From positions 9,410 through 73,409 of the forward strand of contig CACKSM010000002.1 in NCBI GenBank assembly GCA_902602885.1: a stretch of DNA of 64,000 nt, read 5' to 3'. Below are positions 58,164-64,000 of this stretch, in pieces. Every line of letters starts with the position of its first letter. Position 1 is the first letter of the stretch. Position numbers and translations under genes: made by a program. The notes beneath the pieces were generated by a model. That model ran no database searches. It was not told the origin of the DNA and saw nothing but the letters and a program-made list of their open reading frames with translations. The DNA comes from an uncultured Alphaproteobacteria bacterium. GTDB taxonomy: Bacteria; Pseudomonadota; Alphaproteobacteria; HIMB59; GCA-002718135.

Positions 58164-58702
58164 TGGAAGAAGATTTTTTTTTAAAAAACATGAAGGGGGT
58201 AAAACCTTTTAAAAAAAATACCTCAATAGTTAAAACGAAAACTACTAATAAAAAAAATGTAAAATTAGATAAAAAAACTAATACTAAAAACACCAATAAG
58301 CAAACAATAACTGAACACAAAGTTAGTGGCTCAGAATTTAAATTATCATTTAGTCAGGTTAACAAGGAACTTAAGCGGGGAAAAATTAATATAGATAGAA
58401 GAATTGATCTTCATGGGTATGGTTTAGTCGAAGCACATGAAAAATTTATAAGTGAGGTGAAAAAAAATTATAACAAGAATAAAAGATGCTTGCTTATAAT
58501 TACTGGAAAAGGAGTTCATAAAAAAATTGAAAATGAGCAAGATGAAAACCCCAAACTTTTCTACGGAAAGATTAAAAACTCAATAATAAACTGGATAAAC
58601 GATGACGATCTTAAAAAATATATCTTAACATATCAAGATGCGGGCTTTGAACATGGCGGTGATGGAGCTCTTTTTGTCTATTTAAGAAAAAAAAAGTTTT
58701 AA
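58163..58702 (+). CDS. Smr (MutS2 C-terminal-like) domain protein
   Basis: 179 aa. A Lys/Asn-rich N-terminus is followed by IDLHGYGLVEAHEKF......N......LLIITGKG.H. Confidence 0.85.
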   Translation: MEEDFFLKNMKGVKPFKKNTSIVKTKTTNKKNVKLDKKTNTKNTNKQTITEHKVSGSEFKLSFSQVNKELKRGKINIDRRIDLHGYGLVEAHEKFISEVKKNYNKNKRCLLIITGKGVHKKIENEQDENPKLFYGKIKNSIINWINDDDLKKYILTYQDAGFEHGGDGALFVYLRKKKF

Positions 58703-59373
58703 ATTCTTTCTAACCTAAATACCCTTTTTTTGAAATGAATAAGAATTTCATATGGAAGCAAATCATCTTTAACTAAAAATTCAATTTTTTTTAAATCATT
58801 TTTATTATGGTCAGCCCAAATATTTACATAGTCTTCAATTTCTAAAATTATATTTCCATCTTCACTTTCGTTTTGTTTAAGTGTGTAAATTCTTCTCCCA
58901 TCAATTGTTTTTGCCTCATTTTTTCCATTTAAAATATTTATAAAAGAGGTAATTGGGTCAAAATATAAATATAAATCTTCTAGGTCCACCCTAGCTATTT
59001 CTTTTTCTATAGGCTCTTGTTTTAATTCAATTAAATAATCATCAAAAGACATTTTAACTATTTTTGTTTTCTTATTAGTTTTCCAAAACTGTTTATAATT
59101 CTGGGTTTTAAATATGTTGTTTTCAATAACCCCAATTGAAAGATAGCTTCCTTCAAATTTATATAAGGGTGAAAAAAAGCCAGAATTTTTTAAATTAATT
59201 TCTGTTTGATAGATATTATCACTAATATTTAATGACCAACTAAAATTACCAATTTTAATTCCTGTTGTGCTGACCTTATATTCTGCACTAAAATTATTTG
59301 CATGCGATGTATTAATTACAAATATAATAAAAAAAACTAGAAACTTATTCAAAGACAACCTCGTAAACATCAA
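58699..59373 (-). CDS. Secreted protein, DUF3108-like
   Basis: 224 aa with a signal peptide. AEYKVSTTGIKIGNFSW..... resembles the start of DUF3108. It overlaps the upstream ArnT-like gene (operon). Confidence 0.45.
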   Translation of the reverse strand: MMFTRLSLNKFLVFFIIFVINTSHANNFSAEYKVSTTGIKIGNFSWSLNISDNIYQTEINLKNSGFFSPLYKFEGSYLSIGVIENNIFKTQNYKQFWKTNKKTKIVKMSFDDYLIELKQEPIEKEIARVDLEDLYLYFDPITSFINILNGKNEAKTIDGRRIYTLKQNESEDGNIILEIEDYVNIWADHNKNDLKKIEFLVKDDLLPYEILIHFKKRVFRLERI

Positions 59374-60751
59374 GTTTTCTTTTTGTAAATTTCTGATCAG
59401 GTGAGTTTATTTTTAACACCTTGTATTCATTATCTAAATAATTTATATCTGAGGGGCTCCCAATTAAAGTAAAGTTTTCATTCATATTTTTATTAAGAGG
59501 AGACACTATTTTAAAGTGGTTTGTTATTTTATCTCCTTCTTTATGTGGCATATAGAAATTAATATCCTTATCTCTTAATTCAAAATTAAGGCTTGAAAAT
59601 AAAAGTCGATCGGAAACTACTATATTTTTTACGACACCATTAGAAGAATTACTGTAAATTTTTAGCGCATAATCATTTATACCGCTTATTCGGTCAAAAA
59701 TTTTAGAGGAATAACTTGTTCCAATCATAACAAAAAGAACAAAACAGACAGTAAAATTAAATATGTAATTAGCCATCTTTAAAAAAGAATTATTAATTCT
59801 AATATATAAAAGAGCAAACAAAGAAATTAAAGCTGGAGCAGCCCAATTTGCATTAGCTCTGACAATAATGGCCTCTATCAAAACAATTAGAATTATAGGT
59901 ATTGAAAATATTAAAAAAATTTTTTGAATATAATTCCATTTGTTAAATCCAAATAACCCACCCAAAACCATAAATGGGCCCAACATTAAAACCTGAATTA
60001 ACAAAAATTCTAAACCTCTAATCAGATCTATTTCAATATTTCCAAAATTTGCATTATCCGAAGTATGCTGAAGTGTTATCCAGTCGTTATTAAAGTTCCA
60101 AATAATATTTGGTACGATAATTACAAATACACATAAAAAAGTAAGACAAAAACCTAATAAATTATCCAAAAAAATTTTTCTAAACCTTTTATCAAATAAA
60201 ATTAGAACAAATAAACATATTACAAAATATATAGCTGCATATTTTGATAAAAAAGCTAACCCCAGAAAAATACCTAATAATATAAAATTTTTTAAAGCTT
60301 GTTCACTTTTGATCTTAATTAATTCATTAAGTGAAAGTGTCCAAAATAATAATAAAAAAAGATCAGTACTAATTATAAAAGAAGAAAAAGAAACAGCAGG
60401 TATAAATAGAAAAACTAAACAACCCGCAAATGAATCTTTTTTATTTAGTCCTGCGTTAAATAAAAGATTATAAATACTCCATGCAATCAATAAATACACA
60501 AAGGATGGAAGAAGTTTTAATGAAACAAAACTACTACCTAATATTTCCGTATAAACCCTTATTATCCAGGACAAAAATGGTGGTTTCGAAAAATAACCAG
60601 AGTCAATATTTTTTGACCATAACCAATACTGTGCTTCATCACCAAACAAATTAAAAGAAGTAAAATTTAAGGCGCCTATTTTTAATAAAAGCAAAACAAT
60701 AAATGATGGCAATAGAATTTTATTTAGCATAATATTTTTTATACAATTCAA
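59345..60751 (-). CDS. ArnT/PMT-like (GT39/GT83) polytopic membrane glycosyltransferase
   Basis: 468 aa with more than 10 TM helices. The first periplasmic loop, FGDEAQYWLWSKNIDSGYFSKPPFLSW, matches the DE..Y motif of the PMT_2/ArnT family. M8 (start at 60730) is also possible. Confidence 0.8.
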   Translation of the reverse strand: MNCIKNIMLNKILLPSFIVLLLLKIGALNFTSFNLFGDEAQYWLWSKNIDSGYFSKPPFLSWIIRVYTEILGSSFVSLKLLPSFVYLLIAWSIYNLLFNAGLNKKDSFAGCLVFLFIPAVSFSSFIISTDLFLLLFWTLSLNELIKIKSEQALKNFILLGIFLGLAFLSKYAAIYFVICLFVLILFDKRFRKIFLDNLLGFCLTFLCVFVIIVPNIIWNFNNDWITLQHTSDNANFGNIEIDLIRGLEFLLIQVLMLGPFMVLGGLFGFNKWNYIQKIFLIFSIPIILIVLIEAIIVRANANWAAPALISLFALLYIRINNSFLKMANYIFNFTVCFVLFVMIGTSYSSKIFDRISGINDYALKIYSNSSNGVVKNIVVSDRLLFSSLNFELRDKDINFYMPHKEGDKITNHFKIVSPLNKNMNENFTLIGSPSDINYLDNEYKVLKINSPDQKFTKRKLDVYEVVFE

Positions 60752-62054
60752 ATAAAATTATATTTAAAATTACAATAAAAAAGCCAGCAAAAAAAATGTC
60801 ACTTAAAAAATGACCACCAGCCATTATTCTAATCAAACCAAGCGCTAAACCGGCAATAAAACTCGCATAGAGAAAAATTATTTTTTTTGTAATTAAATAT
60901 AAAACTATAATTGAAAACCCAACAGAGGCATCACCTGAAACAAAGGAGCAATTTGTTTCACAGGCATTGGTTATTTCAAACCAAGGAGAAAAAGATTCTT
61001 TGCCATCCAACTCCACTACATCGTTTGGTCTTGCCCTACCCCAAAAATTTTTTAGTATAAGATTTACAAATATTAAAACACTAATAATTTGCGAAACCCA
61101 TAACAAAGCTATTTCCTTAATAGAAAATTTATAATTAGAAAAAATTTTATCAATTTTAAAGAAACGCCCAACTATTGGTAAAACTAAAATATAAATAAGT
61201 ATTAGTGGCAATAAAATATCTCGAAACAATATTGAAGTTAAATCAAAACTTTGTAGTTCAAATTGTGATGCGCCCTTATAAAACAAAGATGACACATATA
61301 AATCTAAGGATGGACCGGCAGTAACAAACGCACAACAAAAGAACAAAATTAGAGTGAAATAAAAAATCTCAGAATTTTTTTCAGGAATTAAATTTGATAA
61401 TTTGTAATTATTATATTTGTTTTCAATTAATTTATTTAAAATCTTAAATAATATCAAAGCTAAAATTGCTCCAGCAACAATATCTGTAAAAAAATGTGCG
61501 CTTACAATAACCCGACTAAAAGCAACAATTGAAGCTAAAAAATAAAAAAAATATTTTAATTTTGGAAGAACAGAAACCAAAATAAAGCAAACGATAAATA
61601 TCGTAGAAGAGTGCCCAGAGGGGAAAGAATGAAAATTTGATTCCATGGTAAAATATTTAAAACTAAAAACATCTTCGAAATCAGTATGATTTGGTCTGGG
61701 CCTTCCCATAACATGTTTTATAATTTGGGTAATTATCCCAACTGTCAAAATATAAATAAAAGAAGAAATAAAAATATTAGAAAGGTTTATTGCTGATTTA
61801 GTTTTTATGATTTGAAGTTTGTTGTTTATATAAAAAATAGCAAAACCTATTATTGTAATAGAAAAATACCAAGACGAACTTCCAAGTTTTGTTATTTCTG
61901 AAAAAAATTCTTTTAGAAAAACCCCATTTGCCCAATCACTTAGGTTTGAGAAATAACTATAAAAAAAAAGATCTAAATTAAAAGAAACAAAAATACTTAA
62001 TGTAATTAATACTAAAATAAGTAATTCAAACTTGATGCTTTTAAAAATGCTCAT
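60720..62054 (-). CDS. Membrane protein with two tandem PAP2 (type 2 phosphatidic acid phosphatase/LpxE-like) domains
   Basis: 444 aa. Domain 1: KHVMGRPRP, PSGHSS, SRVIVSAHFFTD (complete motifs C1-C3). Domain 2: KNFWGRARP, VSGDAS, IRIMAGGHFLSD (the C2 His is replaced by Asp). Confidence 0.8.
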   Translation of the reverse strand: MSIFKSIKFELLILVLITLSIFVSFNLDLFFYSYFSNLSDWANGVFLKEFFSEITKLGSSSWYFSITIIGFAIFYINNKLQIIKTKSAINLSNIFISSFIYILTVGIITQIIKHVMGRPRPNHTDFEDVFSFKYFTMESNFHSFPSGHSSTIFIVCFILVSVLPKLKYFFYFLASIVAFSRVIVSAHFFTDIVAGAILALILFKILNKLIENKYNNYKLSNLIPEKNSEIFYFTLILFFCCAFVTAGPSLDLYVSSLFYKGASQFELQSFDLTSILFRDILLPLILIYILVLPIVGRFFKIDKIFSNYKFSIKEIALLWVSQIISVLIFVNLILKNFWGRARPNDVVELDGKESFSPWFEITNACETNCSFVSGDASVGFSIIVLYLITKKIIFLYASFIAGLALGLIRIMAGGHFLSDIFFAGFFIVILNIILFELYKKYYAK

Positions 62055-62083
62055 TCTACAACTATTAAAAAATTTAATGAGCT

Positions 62084-63397
62084 TTACAATATAAACTTTG
62101 ACAAGTCCTGACTTTTAATAAGTTCCCCTAAGCTATTTTCAACGTATTCTTTATTAATTATTATTTCTGTAGGGCCTATATCTGAGGCTATATAACTAAC
62201 CTCTTCAAGTAGCTTTTCCATTACAGTATGGAGCCTTCTGGCGCCTATATTTTCTACATTCTGGTTTATCTCTGTAGATAAAGAGGCGATGGTATCAATT
62301 CCATCTTCTTCAAATTTCAAATCAACCTTCTCTGTTCCAAGAAGCCCCTGATACTGCTTAATCAAGCTGTTTTGTGTTTCAGTAAGAATAAGTTTAAAAT
62401 CTTTTTTACTAAGACTATCAAGCTCGACTCTAATTGGCAATCTACCTTGAAGTTCAGGTAGCATGTCTGAAGGTTTTGATAAATGAAATGCGCCCGATGC
62501 AATAAACAAAATATAATCTGTCTTTACAACACCGTATTTTGTAGTAACTGCAGTTCCTTCAATAAGCGGTAATAAATCTCTTTGAACACCCTCTCTTGAA
62601 ACATCTGCGCCACTTCTATCAGCCCTAGAGGTTATTTTGTCTATTTCATCTATAAAAACGATTCCATTTTGTTCAACATCATCTAATGCTCTTGAGTTAA
62701 TTTTGTCTTTGTCTAGTAGTTTGTCAGTTTCTTCACTTAATAAATAAGCATGAGAGTCTTTAACGCTCATTTTTTTCATTTTCTTTTGATTACCAAAACC
62801 TTTTCCAAACACATCTCCTAAATTAATCATACCCATTTGAGAACCAGGCATTCCAGGTATATCCATAGTTGGTAAGCTTAAATTTGCATTAGCTGAAACT
62901 GGAATTTCAACCTCATTATCATTTAGCTCACCTGATCTTAGTTTTTTCCTAAAGTTATCTCGAGTAGCTGGGGTTGAGCTTTTAGAAACCAAAACATCTA
63001 AAATTCTTTCTTCTGCATTTTTTTCTGCTTTTGCTTTCACCTCCTGACCCATTTGAATTTTTGTTTTTGTAATACTTATTTCAACCAGATCTCTTATTAT
63101 TTGTTCAACATCTCTTCCAACATAACCAACCTCTGTAAATTTGGTAGCCTCAACTTTAACAAACGGTGCATTTGCTAACTTAGCGAGCCTTCTTGATATT
63201 TCTGTTTTTCCACAACCTGTCGGACCAACCATTAAAATATTTTTTGGTACAATTTCTTCTTTTAAAGAATCATCAAGTTGTTTTCTTCTCCATCTATTTC
63301 TTAGAGCAACAGCAACAGCTTTTTTTGCTTTGTTTTGACCAATAATAAATTTATCTAATTCAGAAACAATTTCTCTTGGGCTAAAACTTGATTCCAT
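62084..63397 (-). CDS. hslU: ATP-dependent protease ATPase subunit HslU
   Basis: 437 aa. [34 protein letters not shown] and ARRL.TV.E. Confidence 0.97.
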   Translation of the reverse strand: MESSFSPREIVSELDKFIIGQNKAKKAVAVALRNRWRRKQLDDSLKEEIVPKNILMVGPTGCGKTEISRRLAKLANAPFVKVEATKFTEVGYVGRDVEQIIRDLVEISITKTKIQMGQEVKAKAEKNAEERILDVLVSKSSTPATRDNFRKKLRSGELNDNEVEIPVSANANLSLPTMDIPGMPGSQMGMINLGDVFGKGFGNQKKMKKMSVKDSHAYLLSEETDKLLDKDKINSRALDDVEQNGIVFIDEIDKITSRADRSGADVSREGVQRDLLPLIEGTAVTTKYGVVKTDYILFIASGAFHLSKPSDMLPELQGRLPIRVELDSLSKKDFKLILTETQNSLIKQYQGLLGTEKVDLKFEEDGIDTIASLSTEINQNVENIGARRLHTVMEKLLEEVSYIASDIGPTEIIINKEYVENSLGELIKSQDLSKFIL

Positions 63398-63399
63398 TT

Positions 63400-63948
63400 T
63401 TAAAGCTCAATTGTCTCTGAAATGATATTATGGTTTGTATAAATACAAATATCTGCAGCTATATTGAGCGACTCTAAAGCAATTTCTTTAGCATTCATTT
63501 TTGTATTTTTCATTAATGCTTTAGCAGCACTATTAGCATATGGACCACCAGAACCTATTGCTAGTATTCCATCATCAGATTCAATTACATCACCTGTACC
63601 TGATAACAACAGACTTACATCCTTATCAGCTACGATCATCATTGCTTCTAATCTTCTTAGATATCTATCTGTTCTCCAATCTTTAGCTAATTCTACACAA
63701 GCTCTTTTAAGTTGGTTCTTATATTGATCTAATTTTCCCTCTAATCTCTCAAATAAAGCGAATGCATCTGCAGTAGATCCTGCAAAACCTGATATAACAG
63801 TTTCATCAACACCAAGCCTTCTAATTTTTTTAACATTGGATTTCATTACGGTATTTCCAAGACTAGCTTGACCATCACCCGCAATAACGACAAGATTATC
63901 TTTTCTAATTCCTACAATAGTTGTTGATTTAATAATGTTTTTTTCCAT
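63400..63948 (-). CDS. hslV: ATP-dependent protease subunit HslV
   Basis: 182 aa. ..STTIVGIRK (N-terminal Thr nucleophile region), [16 protein letters not shown] and GSGG.YA. Confidence 0.96.
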   Translation of the reverse strand: MEKNIIKSTTIVGIRKDNLVVIAGDGQASLGNTVMKSNVKKIRRLGVDETVISGFAGSTADAFALFERLEGKLDQYKNQLKRACVELAKDWRTDRYLRRLEAMMIVADKDVSLLLSGTGDVIESDDGILAIGSGGPYANSAAKALMKNTKMNAKEIALESLNIAADICIYTNHNIISETIEL

Positions 63949-64000
63949 TAATTGATAAGATGGCTATATAATTATTTTTATCAAGTAATTTGCCTAGAAT

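Noticed and set aside
1-64000. Searched for CRISPR arrays, rRNA genes, IS elements/transposases, integrases, toxin-antitoxin pairs and known defence-system signatures
   Set aside because: I saw no regularly spaced direct repeats, no rRNA-like conserved segments, no DDE/tyrosine-recombinase-like ORFs and no small adjacent ORF pairs of the TA type. The only mobile-DNA signal is the tRNA-Gly partial duplication.

Overview
This is a very AT-rich, gene-dense window with short or overlapping intergenic spacers and almost no recognisable mobile DNA. By inference it comes from a streamlined marine alphaproteobacterium of the SAR11/Pelagibacterales type. That inference rests on composition, on alphaproteobacterial gene order (rho-mnmE-mnmG-rsmG-parA-parB on one side, maf-aroE-coaE-dnaQ-Tim44-like-Smr on the other) and on a crtI-crtB-crtY-blh retinal operon.

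Most of the window is core housekeeping: acs, tdk, tsaD, rsmB, purH, ftsK, lolA, leuS-lptE-holA, hslVU and others. I saw no rRNA, CRISPR array, transposase, integrase or recognisable defence system.

The clearest accessory region is a roughly 10 kb surface-glycan modification island at about 18.4-28.4 kb, between purH and an intact tRNA-Gly(GCC). It encodes GT-A/GT8-like transferases, three or four SAM methyltransferases, an AsnB-like amidotransferase, an NAD epimerase/dehydratase, a pyruvyl-transferase-like protein and a 2OG-Fe(II) oxygenase-like protein.

Two recombination scars lie inside the island:
- A 51-nt degenerate copy of the 3' part of the tRNA-Gly gene sits 3.7 kb from the intact gene. 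This looks like an att-type direct repeat, but no integrase lies between the copies.
- An orphan copy of a methyltransferase 3' end brackets the asnB-like gene.

Other points worth a second look:
- purH is split into two overlapping ORFs exactly at the interdomain linker, by a 1-nt frame change in an A-run.
- The 420-bp rho|maf spacer is a synteny-supported candidate oriC, and gene orientation diverges from it.
- Two tandem TPR + GT9-like proteins sit next to a GT8-like gene.
- A HemY-like protein is paired with a TM/coiled-coil (HemX/alphaMIC60-like) protein.
- An OmpR-type regulator has a degenerate receiver domain.
- Stacked inverted repeats, including an 18-bp perfect palindrome, lie in the leader of a Gly/Ala/Ser/Thr-rich porin gene.
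- An ArnT-like / DUF3108-like / double-PAP2 envelope-modification operon has a second PAP2 domain that has lost the PSGH histidine.

I cannot point to a clearly novel multi-gene system. The glycan island and the TPR-GT module are the best candidates. All functional calls are motif or family recognition by eye and have not been checked against any database.
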